Assembly: GCA_951406725.2 (NCBI GenBank)
Contig: OX597814.1
Location: 139,376,001-139,440,000, forward strand
Reading direction: 5' to 3'
DNA from: Octopus vulgaris
Taxonomy: Eukaryota
Length of the DNA stretch: 64,000 bases
In this document: positions 13,108 through 27,015 of the stretch, in pieces
Position numbering within the stretch: position 1 is the stretch's first letter
Layout: each line of letters starts with the position of its first letter
Translations under genes and position numbers: made by a program
Notes under the pieces: model-generated
What the model saw: the letters and a program-made list of their open reading frames with translations, nothing else
Told to the model about the DNA's origin: nothing
The model's database searches: none

Positions 13108-13664
13108 CCACTACACTGTAAAGTGATTCACATTAGGAAAGGCATCCATCTGTAGAAACCAAGCCAAAACAGATTATGGAATGTGGTGCGGCCCCTGGCC
13201 TTGCCAGCTCCTGTTAAGCCATGAAACTCACCCCAGCATGGGAAACAAACGTTAAATGATGATGATGATGATTGCTGAATCCTTTACCTAAGTGAACTGA
13301 AAGTTTAGAATTAAATGTCCTTCCTATTCACACACAACATAACACTTATAAAAAGTATGTTTTTAAAATACACAAACTGGTAATCCAATATCTTATTATT
13401 CACGTATTTTACTCATATTTTTTTATCTTCAGATGACATAAACACCTTATCTGACATCTTTGTGTCTTATCTTTGTCAGCTATATGTTTATTTCTTATGT
13501 CATTCTGTAACAGATTGAAGCTTTCTCCCTTTAAGATATATATAATGTGAAAGTGTTCTTTAGACAGACAGAGAATGTGTGTATTTGTGTGTGTGTGTGT
13601 GCATGTCATTCCTCTAATGTCTACTCTTTTCCATGCTTTGCATGAGTCAGACAAAATTCATTAA

Positions 13665-14544
13665 CCCTTTCGTTACTATATTTCTGACCAAAATACACCC
13701 CTCATGAGTTTCAATTAAATTCTAAAATAATCATGAATCTAGGCTTGTTTCATTAAATAACTGTAACTTTTTTACTTATCAACATATTAATGTGATATTT
13801 GGAACATAATTAAAGAAAGGGTTCTTAATCAATTCTATTGCATAACTTTTGTCTCAAAGTGACTTTAATTACAGGTAAATTCAGGTAAATTGAGCAAAAG
13901 GTAAAAATATTAAAATTTTAAATTGAGCAAAAGGTAAAAATATTAAAATTTTGTCTAAACATCACCATAGAAAATGAATCATCAGCTAATATTCAAATGG
14001 GTATGCAACAAAATTTTGATAAAGAAGAAATGTGCACATCACTATATCATCTGTTGTGAATTTAATGCACAACAGGTGTACCATAAAGCCGTAAGTTTGA
14101 CCGAACTAAAGAAATCGGTCAAAAAATAATATACGGCCCTGGTTATGGTATGGAAGTGATAAATTCCAGACCACATCATACCCTAAGCCATGCTGACTAA
14201 CATTAGTTTCCCTGTATAAAAACTAAATCCACAACAGTACCCAGTATTTGTTTCACAAATTTTCCAATTCAGAATCAATGCTTGATAACATGAAACTCCT
14301 ATCCATTTTCAAAGTTGAAGAAAAATCGATGCCGAAAAAAATGTGGAAAAAAATCTCCCAAAATTCAGGGAATTGAAATTACACATCGATCGTTGTACAA
14401 AACTGTAGATTAACTGTTTACGAATGTACTAAAGAGATTTGCTCAGATATTCTCATTTAAATATGAATAGGTAAATTTGGGCGGTTTGGTCACATTAACC
14501 AAAATTTTTTTCGGGCGGCTTTGGGCGGTTTGGTAACGAAAGGG
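13665..14544. mobile_element. non-autonomous piggyBac-like DNA transposon
   Basis: TTAA|CCCTTTCGTTAC ... GTAACGAAAGGG|TTAA, a perfect 12-bp TIR. It interrupts another repeat and has no transposase ORF. Confidence 0.85.
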
Positions 14545-14767
14545 TTAAGGCAGATTTTCTATGGCTAGATGCTCTTCCTGTTGCCAACCCTCACACATTT
14601 CCAAACATGGTAATATTTCCCCTTGTCTTTTGAACACAAACAGCACAATGGCAAGACATGTTTTCGTGGAAGATTGCAAATGAATGGCATCATTTGTGTT
14701 ATGGTGCCAATAAAAGGAGACATGAACATACACCTATATCCAAATTTAGGCAGTGGAACAGGTAAAA

Positions 14768-14857
14768 TCCAGGCTACGTATGTTTCCTAGCTAGCAGATC
14801 CTCTCATATAATAATTACTCAGTGAGGAGTACTCAACTAGCGACTCATCAGGCCGAA
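14768..14857 (-). ncRNA. type I hammerhead ribozyme-like motif with long stem II (partly degenerate)
   Basis: The - strand reads ttcGGC-CTGATGA-gtcGCTAG...CTAGCtag-GAAAC-atac-GTA-GCCtgga. All core motifs are in order, with stem I and stem III pairing. Confidence 0.6.
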
Positions 14858-16959
14858 CATACCTTAATTATATGAGGGTTATATTGTCATTTGGGAATCT
14901 TGTTGCTAACCGTAAGCTATGCAAAAATTTTCTCAGCTTCGATATGGGAAAGCCTACAACCCGATGCCAATAAATTATTATTGTTCCTGAATATTGCTTT
15001 TTATACCTATCATAGACTGCTCAAAGCTTACAAAGTTCTTACACTTAGATCTGTGGACCTTACAATTACATGTGTGTGTGTGTGTGTGGTGTGCTCCTTT
15101 AAGCTTCTGTCTCTATCAAATCCAATCACAAAGCTTTTGGTCATCCCAAGGCTATAGTAGAAAGCACCCGAGGTGCCACATTAAAGGACAGTCTAAGCCC
15201 TGTAGATGTGAAGTAGCAAGCTTCTTAACCATACAGCTATGCTTGTGTATGTATGTATGTGTGATTATGTATGTATGTAGAACTATATTAAGAGAGTAGG
15301 ATATGGTTTATGAGAGATTTAGCTGTTATTTTTAGTGGAATAAGTGACTACACAGAGGCCTCCACAGGAATATGTTAGCCACTTACTTTAACCTCCTCAT
15401 CTGGTGCCACTGAGTTTTCTTAATTATCAGTTCATAGGTACTGAATAAGTATCTTCTGGCAATATACAGCTTTTCTCTTGGAAGATTCTTCTAATTTGTG
15501 TAGAGCTAAATATAGGCCCAAGCTATATAGTAGGAGAAAATAAAACAACTCTTTTTTTATTTCCTTTGCAGTTATATTTGCTCATTGTTCAACTTGATTG
15601 TGTCTGTGTAGCTGGAAACATAGGTAGGAGTTAATACCTTGCAGAGTATAACATTGTGAAAAGGAATCCAGGTAGCAGCATCCCAGAGCTGTGAATCACT
15701 AGTCCTGGAATGCTACAGACAAATCTAATTCCATGGAATTTGAGATAAGCCCAATCCAAAACCGGCCTTCACAAAGTTGGCATGGCTAGCATACTTAACA
15801 GAGCCAGCAAAAATAATTTCAGTTAACTGAAATCACTTCTGCAGTGTCGACCGCTAAATATAACTGCTTCGACTAAAATATTAATGAAATTTGTTCATAG
15901 AGAAGGGCAACAACTCTAAAATTTATGGTGGCAATTCCAGATAAATTTCACTCAAATTAGTAAACTTAATCTCTGTATGCTAAGTCTTTTCCAGTTCTTG
16001 TCAGATCTTGTGATAAAGGTATACAAGAAATGTACAATAGTTGATGCAGGTGTGACTATGTGGTTAAGAAAATTGCTTCCCAACCATATGGTCTTAGGTT
16101 CTGTCCCTCTGTGTGGCACTTTTGGCAAGTGCCTTCTTACTATAACCCCTTGCCAACTAAAGCCTTGTGAGTGGATTTAGTTGACTGAAAGAAGACCATC
16201 ATATATATATATATATATATATATACGTATAAATTTGACATGGGCGATTTTTTCTTGTCTTGTGATTCACGGTCAAACGGCTTGGCAGAATTGCACAAAA
16301 AATTACACAGATGTGTAGAATGATCCGGTGGTGATGCTGGCTTTGTATTTTTTTCATAGTTCCCATGGTTACTGAGATAATCTACTATAATAATACTCTT
16401 GTGTTTATGAATGAGAAAGGAAGGGGTGATGTCATACTTGGTAGTGGGAATGATGAAAATTGTATGCTGGAAAAAATAAATCGAACATCATTTCAGCTAT
16501 GTGTGAATATATGTGCGTGTATGTAAAAAGGTGGGGTATTGAATGTGTGTGTGTGTTTGTGTGTGTGCATGTGCACGTGCAATGGGAGTGGGATGGTTCG
16601 TCTTTGTTCGCTTAGTATCTGGGTTTATTTTTTGATTTGGTTGAATCTTGGCTGGTGTTTTTTGGGGGTTTTTTTTTTGTTGGTCAGTTACTTTTAGTGT
16701 TTTGACAGAAAAATGTCATTCTAAAATGTTTTTTTAACGTAAGCTTGCCCAAACAAGAGCAGGTTGTACAGCTACATCATCCACACCGACTGGGTGAAAC
16801 CGGGCTTAGCTGGTAGTATATATATATATATGTATGTATGTATGTGAAGGCACATAGCTTAGTGGTTAGGATGTTGCACTCAAGATTGTTATTTGATTCT
16901 AATTTTATAAAAAGCAAACACATATACAAACACATGCATATATAAATATATATACAACA

Positions 16960-17400
16960 GACTTCTTGGATTGGGGGTCACTCTATATATTCTTAAGAAA
17001 TTTGTCAATGCTTCATTGTTACTTAATTCATTTTTCGCTTTTCTTAATGCTCTCTTAAAAGTGTCCACAAATCTTCCTACCTGCCTGTTTGACCTGGGGT
17101 GGTAGGGTGGAGTGAAAATATGCTTTATCGCATGCCTTTTACAGAAGTTCTTGAATTCATACCCAGAGAACTGCATTCTGTTGTCTGAAACTAGTGTGTC
17201 AGGGACATCATATCGCACAAACAATTCATATCAGACTTTATAGTTGTCTTAGAGGTTGGTCTATAGCGCCTGCAAACTTCTAGCCACTTAGTACAGCTAT
17301 TTACTATGATTAAGTAGTAAGCGGCGTTTACCAGTCTGGCATAGTCAATGTGTAACCTAGACCATAGGTTCTCTGTCTCTGGCCACGATTGATATGTGCC
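16960..17400 (-). mobile_element. Ty3/Gypsy integrase relic
   Basis: VPDTLVSDNRMQFSGYEFKNFC...HIFTPPYHPRSNRQVGRFVDTFKRAL...FLRIYRVTP, the rve core with the catalytic E decayed. An upstream WSRLHIDYA-like motif is present. Confidence 0.85.
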
Positions 17401-17628
17401 TCCACAAGTTTGAGGGATAAATGATAAGAAATAGAAGTGGCTCAGGAATGGAAAAGTGATAAGTGATGACTTAGGAAAGAGGAAGACTAGCAGAATAATA
17501 ATAAAACTGTAGATTGATAAGAGATCAGGAGATGACTGGTATGGGTGGGGAGATGAGAGATATACAGAGGCAGAGATAGAGAGAGATTTTTACTAATATC
17601 TCTTTGTTATATTTATATCTGTCTGCAG

Positions 17629-17759
17629 GAACACTTCTTAGTGCCAAACCACAAGATTACAGACATAAATGGAGCATCATTTGCTGGATTTTACTACATC
17701 TGCTTCTGGAAATCTAATTCTACCATTGAAGGTTATTATTATCACCGAAGTTCTGAATG
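17629..17759 (+). CDS. GID4: GID4 internal exon
   Basis: cag|[43 protein letters not shown](W)|gtaag, 131 nt, ends in phase 2. Confidence 0.95.
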
Positions 17760-18199
17760 GTAAGTTGATATTCTTGCATTTTTTAAAAAAATTCGATCAA
17801 TTCTAACAATATTTGTACCTTGTTTTAAATTAATCTTCTTCCTCCCTCATCCAATGTCTTAGTTTTGTATATCACAATATCATCAAGTTAATACATTCTC
17901 ATTTTATATTTTATGCACAACAGAAGAACTGAAATAAATATAACAGTGTGAATGTTTTAGCTGTGAGGGAAAATAATAAGAACGTTAACTCATTACCTTT
18001 TTATGCTTTTGATGTGCAGATAAAAGAGTTGCAGGAGACACATGATAAGCTGTTCCTTTCAGTTAGTCAGTAGCAACAGAATAGTTACCTGTTATAAAAA
18101 GTAGTCATAAATTTAGTTATAACCATAGTGGATAGCTTAATTTGCATATTTTTGCTTATAACAGCTCATCATTAATTAAACAATGTATATTTTAGGTAT

Positions 18200-18379
18200 A
18201 TAAGTGTAAGAGTGGCTGTGTGGTAAGTAACTTGCTTACCAACTACATGGTTCTGGGTTCAGTCCCACTACATGGCACTTTGAGCAAGTGTCTTCGGCTA
18301 TAGCCTTGGGCCAACCAAAGCCTTGTGAGTGGATTTGGTAGACAGAAATTGAAAGGAGCCCACCGTGTATATATGTGTG

Positions 18380-18426
<47 letters not shown>

Positions 18427-18605
18427 GTGTCTGTGTTTGTCCCCCCACCATCACTTGACAATTGATGCTGGTATGTTTACTCCCCCATAACTTAGCGCTT
18501 TGGCAAAAGAGACCAAAGTCCTGGGGTCAATTTGTTTGACAAAAGGTGATGCTCCAGCATGGTCACAGTCAAATGACTGAAACAAATAAAAGAGTGAAAG
18601 AGAAT
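18200..18605 (+). mobile_element. tRNA-derived SINE
   Basis: Same family as 3701-4090. Confidence 0.8.
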
Positions 18606-19380
18606 ACAACATGACTCTAGAGGATTGAAATAAATTGAATTATTAGAAAACCTTAGCTCATTTAATTGCTTCATCTTTAACCCTTTAGCATTCAGATTAT
18701 TCTGTCAAGTGTAATGCTTATTTATTCACATTGGTTTAAATTAATCATGCATTATCTTGTAGCTTTGAGATTTCAATGATGTGATTGTAGTAGGTGTGAG
18801 AGGCCAGATCTGCCCAGTTTGAACATAAAACAAGTAGAAAATTTGGGGCTGGATATGGCCAGTTTAAATGCTAAATGGTTCAATGGCTCAAAATATGAAC
18901 AGCAGTTGTAGACTCTATCAATCAAGCTGTTGTATGTTATAGCTGAGAAACCAGAGGTCTGTGCCAAGCTCCAGTATCTGCCTTGGTACAGTTTCTGCTG
19001 CAGGATGCCTTTCCTTGCACCAACCACCGGACTGAACGTGCTGGATGCTTTTTACATGGCACCAGCACCAGTGAGGTCACCAAGTAACTTACAAAACAAG
19101 ACCCTGCTCCATCCTTTCAATTGAGAGGAGTTGTAGGTATTGAGGGAGGTGTAGGTATTGTGCCAGGTGATGAGAGATACGATAGAGGAACAAAAACAGG
19201 TGTCTTGCTGTAGAGGAGATCCATTAGTATAAATAATTATGACATTTAAAATAAGGTTTTGTTAACTAAAGATGCAAGATTCATGTAAAATGACTATATT
19301 TACTCCATTTAATATCACTTTATTTATATTTCCTATCAATAACATTCTTTCTTTATCTCTGCATTTTTATTTTTTTTTAG

Positions 19381-19444
19381 GTACCAGTCCTTAAAACTGG
19401 AACATGTCAGTGAACAGAGCGCCCCTGTCTATGCATTCCGATGA
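19381..19444 (+). CDS. GID4: GID4 last coding exon
   Basis: (t)nag|(W)YQSLKLEHVSEQSAPVYAFR*, TGA at 19442-19444. Matches recalled human [20 protein letters not shown]. Confidence 0.95.
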
Positions 19445-20941
19445 CAAGTGTGAGTTCTCAGTGTGGGCATAGTGCGTATGTGTCTAACTGCTTGCCTAAG
19501 TGAGTGCATGTTTGCTGCCGAATAAAAACAACAAAAAACAAACAAAAAGATGCCCTCCTCTTGTCCCACATCCCTCTTCCCCCAGCCCACCACCAACTGC
19601 TAACTCTCTTTCTTCAAGTGCCATAAGTGGTAGCCTCCTGCATCATGCTAGCAACAGCATACTACTTACTATACTAGCATTAAACTGGACACTCTCCTTT
19701 GTCTTGATTCAGCCACCTAAAACATCATTCGACTTCACTTCCAGAAGTACATCCGTGTGATATCTTTTACCATTTTTTTTTAACATTTAAACTTTGTTTG
19801 TTTTTTTTTTGTTTTTGTAATTAAAAGAAGAAAAAATCCTCCAAATCTACAACATTAAACCCACCCACCTCAAACATAAAAAAACAAAATCTACCATATT
19901 TATAGAGGGAGGAAAAAAAAAAAATTTTATATATATACATATATATATAAATATATATATTTATATATATATATGTATATATATTCTTTTTATTAATGAT
20001 GCAATGTTAGTCAGGTTAAGGTACTGGGCTGCTAGTCACACTGTCCAATGGTCAAACCTTACTACTGTCGTGTTGTGCTCCTGAGCAAGGCACAAAATTC
20101 TTGTTTCTGTTTGCCTGACTGAAAAAAACAGCAACATTCACACTGCTGTTTCATTGTTGAATAGTTAATTGAAAAAAGGGCATCCAGTGGCAAAAACAAT
20201 TGCTCTATTATAAAAAGAAAAAAAACCATCCCATCCATGCTTGCATGGAAAAGCAATGGATGTAAAATAGTAAAAGATAAAAGGGACTCTTTATTCTCAA
20301 GACTCAATGGAAATTTCATTGTTTTGTCCATTTAATTGTTTTTGTTTTGTTTTTGTTGTTTTTTCGTCCACCTTGTTGAAAAAAAATTACAAAACAAAAT
20401 TGGTATGAAATTTTATGTACCCTCATCTATCATAATCTGGATCTTGTTGATGCAGATGTCTAGCCAATGTGCCAAGTTCCATTCTCATCATTACCTTTGT
20501 TGCTATTAAAATTTTAAAAAGAAGGAAAAAAACATCTCTTTTTTTTCTTTTGTCCTTTTTTTTTTTGCAATTTAAAAAACCATTTCTCCTCTTCCTGAGA
20601 TCCTTGTTCTTCATTCCCCTTCAAATCTTTTACATTTTTTTTTATATCAAGGTTAGTGTACCTGACGTCATATGCAATACATTCAAACCATATCCAAGAA
20701 AAGGTGATCTTCTAGCTATAGAACATTTCGGACACTACACTTTCTGACATCCCATAATCCCTGTTCAGTTGTTCCCAGTCTCCATCTTTTCCTACAGTTA
20801 CTGCAGCAACATTTGCTTCTTTGAACTTAATGGCTCTTCATCACCATCTAACATTAATTATGCACCTTGTTTTCTTTCTTCAGTTATTTCAACTGATCCC
20901 ATACTAAAAACATTGCTCATTATGTATCAACCCCATAACTA

Positions 20942-21159
20942 TGATGGGGTGCTGAAAAGTTCCTGGTTTTTGGTAAAAGAAAATACTAGAAGATCAGTTA
21001 ATTATGAATTTATTGAACATATTCCCCCTCTCAGATTTACACACTTATTGCAGCAGTTCTTCAGTTTCTCTAAGCCCTGTAAAAGAACTCAGAAGGTTGA
21101 ACCTACAGCCAGGCCTTTCACAATATCCTTAAGGCCAGGGACTTTTCAGCACCCCCTTG
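20942..21159. mobile_element. Tc1/mariner-type MITE, TA TSD
   Basis: TA|tgatggggtgctgaaaagttcctgg ... ccagggacttttcagcacccccttg|TA. Confidence 0.75.
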
Positions 21160-24100
21160 TACACCCTTTATTTTCATTTTCACCTGAAGCTATCAATGTG
21201 CAATGAATCAAATTGTTGAGCATTAATTCACTTCACTAATCCAGTGAGAGATTATAAAAGTTATGGAAATTCACTACCCCACCCTTACTTCTGCTGACAA
21301 AAACAAACAAAAATCTCATTTCCCACAATTCCATACTATTGAACCATTTTTGTTTATTGGGGTTTCTTTAAGCAACATGAAAACTTGAAATGTATTCCTT
21401 GGCGATAAGATAATTTAATTGAATATTATTATTATTACATTTTAGAATTAGAAGTCAGCAAAAGCTTTTGGTTGAGGACTAGACTAAATACATAATATCA
21501 TTCAGTTTTGTCATTCTACGTTATCAATTTTACCTACTTCACTGGAGTAGGTAAAGTACTAGGTTTAAATAAATGCTATGTTTGGGGGAAAGGAAGAGAC
21601 TAATTCAATAGCTATATAATTATAAATGAGTAAGAAATTATTAATATTATGTTTTCATGGCATTTGCCATATTGTAACAATAAGTTGTCTTCTTCTCAAC
21701 TTTCAGTTGCCTGTGAAACCTAAACCATCAGCATATACCTGCCAAGCCCTTCTATTCCATGCAAGCCTTTTTATCAACTTCCAGTTCATTGAGTCTTGGT
21801 GGTTTCCAGGAAATTAGGATCTTCTGTGCATCATTAGACAGCATTAGTGTCATTTCTTTGTGTAAGGACCTCAACTTTTTTTATATTCTGAGGTTAGAGG
21901 GTGCCTCAGCCTCCTTAGAAGGGTCCTGACCAGAGGATATCTTCAGTCTCTGAAGTAGAGAGCTCCCTTACATAAGACATACAGGCCCTGTTTTGTCTTG
22001 TGTTGAAAGCAGCAGAACTATACCAACGCTCAATCCTGTACCGGTCATCAGCATGCAAGACCAGAATGTTGTAACTGTAAACAAGCAGTTGGTGCCACTT
22101 TTTATATCCCCTGGAGAGAGTCCTGCATCTAAACTGGAGAAAAATAAGTTGAAATAATTTCACCTTACTTAGTTTGGAGTGGAGAGCATGATCATTATGG
22201 CTTTATACTTTCTATGACATCACAGCTAAAGAAGGGGCCCCTACTACAGTCACTTGACCTGCTAGATGTTGTAGCCAAATCTGTCTCAAAGACACCCTAT
22301 TATCTTCCATAAAAAAGGATATATTAACAATGTCGCCCTCTGTATTATATATATATACATATATATACATACATGAAGATGTAGGGTGGGGATGAGTTTA
22401 CATATATATGTAAAGGTGGGATGCTTACAGTGAGAATGCCTTTGATCATAGGTCTCTTGATTAAAGCTGGCCTTGGGTTGAACACTCATTTCGTGGCTTG
22501 TTTTTTGTTGTTAGTATAGCAGAGACAGGACAATTTCTATGTTGAAAAGCATCTGGTGTAATGACTTGTCCATTCAACCATTGATTTCTCAGGGGTCATG
22601 AAAGTAAACTAGAATAAACTGTAATATTTCACACCAGAGTCAGTTACTACATCCATCTTCGCATGCTTATTGAAAGGAGTTGAGTTTTAGCACTGTTTTG
22701 CATTGTTTAAGAATATTTAATGAATCCATATGAAATAAAATTTTGTCTTCAAATATTTCAGGATAAGAAAATTTTGCGCAATCACTAATGAGTTATCCAA
22801 AATCTTTGCATATCTGGTACTCAGCTTTTATATGCCAAATTCAAATCCTACCAGGTTTGACATTTACCTTTCTTCCCTTTTTGGATCCCTGAAAAAATAC
22901 CAGTAATACACTGTGATCAATGAGGAATCTTAGTCTTTATATAAAAACAAGACAGAAATTACATTATTGTTACTGTTGTTATTTAATTTTGTCTTTCATC
23001 TGACAGAAGACTGGTCTCAATATGTTTTAATACTTAGTTTTGTCCATTTTTATGCCGAATCTTCTTAGATCATCATCATCACCATCATCATCATTTAACA
23101 TCCGTATTCCATACTGGCATGGGCTGGATGATCTTAACAGAAGCTGGCCAGCTGGAGAGCTGCACCAGGCCCTAGTTGACTGTTTTGGCATGTTTTCTAC
23201 AGTTTCAATGCCAATCACTTTACAGAAAGTACTGGTGTTTTACATGACACCAGTACACATGCATTTTACATGGCAACAGCATGGGTGCTTTCTATGCGGC
23301 ACCAATAAAATATTTATCAGTCACATACTAAGTTGGTTTAATTGTGCCTTATCTTCCTCAAAATATTCATCCCTGAACACTGGAAAAAATTCTTTGCAGT
23401 ATTTGCTCCAAGTTTTTATGTTTTGAGTTCAAATCTTGCCAAGATCAACTTTGCCTTTCATCCTTTCAGAATCAATAAAATAAAGTATCTGTCTAGTACT
23501 GGAGTCAATGGGTTCGCCTAACTTCTCTCCTCAAAATTTGTGACCTTGTGCTGAAATTTGAAACTATAAGGTAACAAGCTGATACAGGAACAGACTGAGA
23601 GTATTAAGAGCCCTCAGGCATAACTGTTTACCGGGCCCCTTAGCATTGATATCAGTAGAGTTAACATGTAGAGTGCGGGCCCCTCATAGCTCCAGGCCCT
23701 TGGGCAGATCCCGATTGACCGATAGCTCAGTCTGCCCTTGAGCTGATAGAATTATTAGCACATCAGACAAAATGCATAGCGGTATTTTCTCAGGCTTTTA
23801 CATTCTGAGTTCAAATCCTACTGTTGTCAAGTTTGCCTTTTATCCTTTCAGCATCAAGGAAATAAAGTACTTGTCAAGTACTGGTATCAATGGTATTGAC
23901 TAATCCCATTCCCACCAAAACAGCTGGTTTTGTGCCTAAATTAAAACCATAATTATTATAACTACTACTACTACTGTTCCCTTTTTACTCCCTGCTTTAT
24001 ATTCTGTAGAGTTAGGTCCTAACTATGGTCATGGGGTGTTACAGAGTAAGATGTCACTCAGTTACTTTGCAACCACATGGCTTTGAGTTCAGTCCCACTC

Positions 24101-25284
24101 CAAAACCTTGTGAATGGATGATTTGATAAGCAGAAACTGGAAGCAGTCCATCATATGTGTGTACATTTATGTATATTGTCATCATCATCATCATTTAGCA
24201 TCTGCTTTCCATGCTGGCATCAGTTAGATGGTTTGACTGGAACTGGTAAGCTGGAGGACTGCACCACGTTCCCATCTGATTCGGCATGGTTTCTACAGCT
24301 GGAGGCCCTTCCTAAAGCAAACCACTCTAAGAGTATAATGGGCACTTTTTACATGCCACCGGCATGAGTGTGCTTTTGTACCACTGGCATGAGTACCAGT
24401 TACAGGACAGCAGCATATCACCAAAAGCCTTAGTCATTTGTCATCTCCTCCGTGAGGCCGAACGTTCAAAGATCATGTTTCACCACCTTGTAACATGCAT
24501 GTGTGTCTGTGTATTTGTTACATTTGTGTCTATGCTTTGAGATGTGTTGCTGTTGTCACTTCTACTCACAAATCATCCACTCACTTTGCACCTTCAAAGA
24601 TATGTGGAGCATGTGATTCATTACTTGAAAAACAGGTATGGATCAGTGACAGGAAGAGCATCCAGCTGTCAAACAATGACTCAATATTTTCATCTAACCC
24701 ATGCTATCAGGCAAAACAGACAAATTATTACCAGAGTATTACTTGCCATATGACAGGTAATATACAGAGTATACTGTGGTTAATTTCAGGAAATGTTACC
24801 TAGGTATAATTATCATTATCATCATCATCATCATCATATTCAGTGTCTGCTTTCCATGCTGGCATTGGTTAGACGGTTTGACTGAAACTGGAAGCTGGAG
24901 AGCTGCACCAGGTTCCAATCTGATTTGGCACAGTTTCTATAGCTGGATGCCCTTCCTAATGCCAACCATTCCAAGAATATAGTGGGAGCTTTTTACATGC
25001 CACCGACATGGGTACCAGTAACATGACACCAGCATCAGTCACAACTACGCTTTCACTTGGCTTGACAAGTCTTCTCAAGCACTGCATATTGCTAAAGGTC
25101 TCGGTTAATTATCATTGCCTCTGTGAGGCCCAACGTTCAAAGATCATACTTCACCACCTCATCCCATATCTTCCTGGGTCTACAATATTTATATTACTTT
25201 TCCAAATTCCTTCGTCCTTATACAAAATAATGGAATCACACTAATTTTAAAATAAAAATATTCATTAAATTTGAACAAATTTCT

Positions 25285-26050
25285 CAGGCATATGCATGGC
25301 TGTGTGGTTAGAAGTTTGTTTTCCAATCTGGGCAAATGTCTTCTGCTATAGCCCCAAGTTGACAAAAGCTTTGTGAGTGGATTTGGTGAATGGAAACCAA
25401 AAGAAGTCCAATGTGTATCTGTGTGTGCCTTTGTATCTCTGTATGTTCCCCACTGTTTGACAACCAACGCTGGTTTGTTTACATCTCTATAACTTAGCAG
25501 TTCTGCAGAAACTGATAGAATAAGTATCAGACTTCATAAAGACTAACAAGTATTGAGGTCAATTTTTTTGACTAAAACCCTTCAAGGTTGACTTCATGCA
25601 GTCATTAGACTGCATGGCTGTAGTCCAATGACTGAAACAAGTAAGGGATAAAAGATATGTTATCAGGCATGGCTGTGTGGTAAGAAGCTTACTTCCCAAT
25701 TACATGGTTCCAGGTTCAGTCCCACTGCATGGCACCTTGAGCAAGTGTCTTCTACTATAGCTTCAGGCCAACCAAAGCCTTGTGAGTGGATTTGGTAGAC
25801 GGAACGTGAAAGAAGCCCATCGTATATATGTGTATGTATGTGTAAGTGTTTGTCTCCCCACCACCACCACCATTGATTGGCAACCAATGCTGGTGTGTTT
25901 ACATCCCCGTAACTTACCAGTTCAGCAAAAGAGACTGATAGAATAAGTACTGGGCTTACAAACAATAAGTCCTGAGGTCGATTTGTTCAACTAAAGGCAG
26001 TGCTCCAGCATGGCTTCAGTCAAATGACTGAAACAAATAAATAAAAGAAT
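25285..26050 (+). mobile_element. two tandem tRNA-derived SINEs
   Basis: Heads at ~25290 and ~25665, both with the family core and tail. Confidence 0.75.
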
Positions 26051-26722
26051 AATAGCAAAAGACTGTTTACCTATCAATTGATTACAGGTGTTGTATTATC
26101 TGAAACTACTAACTGTGGCAAAAATATGTTCCCAGTATAACTTGTTATAAGACACTCTAAGTAGTATATATAGTGACCAAGAGAGATAAACCCATTATGA
26201 TCATAGTTGTCTCCCTTTAGGGGACAGACAAACAGAAGCAGATAGAGACACACTGTCAATTATGTTACCTTTTACATGTTTCAGTCATTAGACAGTGGCT
26301 ATGCTGGGGTATCACCTTGAAGAGATTTTACTTGAATGAATTAAAACTAATCAACTTCATTTATGTCAGTATTTCTTAAAGATGGAAGCTTGTGAATAGT
26401 AAAAAGGAGTGGACAAGTTGATATGTTTAATAAAATTAGATTGTTTTAAACATTTTTCGGTTTGTCTAACATCATAGCAAAGAAGGAATTATATGGATGT
26501 AGAGGGTATCAGCAATCTTGGAAGGAATGTTGTACAGAGAATGTCATCTTTTAAGTGCATGAAGACTAAAATGGCAGATAAGGCAAAAGAACCCTGTATG
26601 GTGAATGGTTCAGAAGGCATTACAGTAAGATGTATGGTACATCTAGGGTACTCTCTTCATGGAATACAAGCTTGTGGCCAGTCTCTATGGAAGGGATCGG
26701 GACCCTACCATGTACATAATTG

Positions 26723-27015
26723 CATCATCATCATCATTTAACGTCGGTTTTCCATGCTAGCATGGGTTGGACAGTTCGACCGGGGTCTGGGAAGCCAGGA
26801 GGCTACACCAGGTCCAGTCTGATCTGGCAGTGTTTCTACAGCTGGATGCCCTTCCTAACGCCAACCACTCCGTGAGTGTAGTGGGTGTTTTTTACATGCC
26901 ACTGGTACAGGGGCCAGAGGAGGCTGGTAAACAGCCACGATCGGTTGGTGCTTTTACGTGTCACTGACACGGACGCCAGTCAGACTGCGCTGGCATCTGC
27001 CGCCTGACTGGCGTC
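26723..27015 (-). mobile_element. RTE LINE 3' end
   Basis: (TCA)n-tttaacgtcggtttccatgctagcatgggttggac... is nearly identical to 54930-55100. Confidence 0.8.

Noticed and set aside
21900-22165. Short open frames in a more GC-balanced segment
   Set aside because: No recognisable homology or convincing splice sites.
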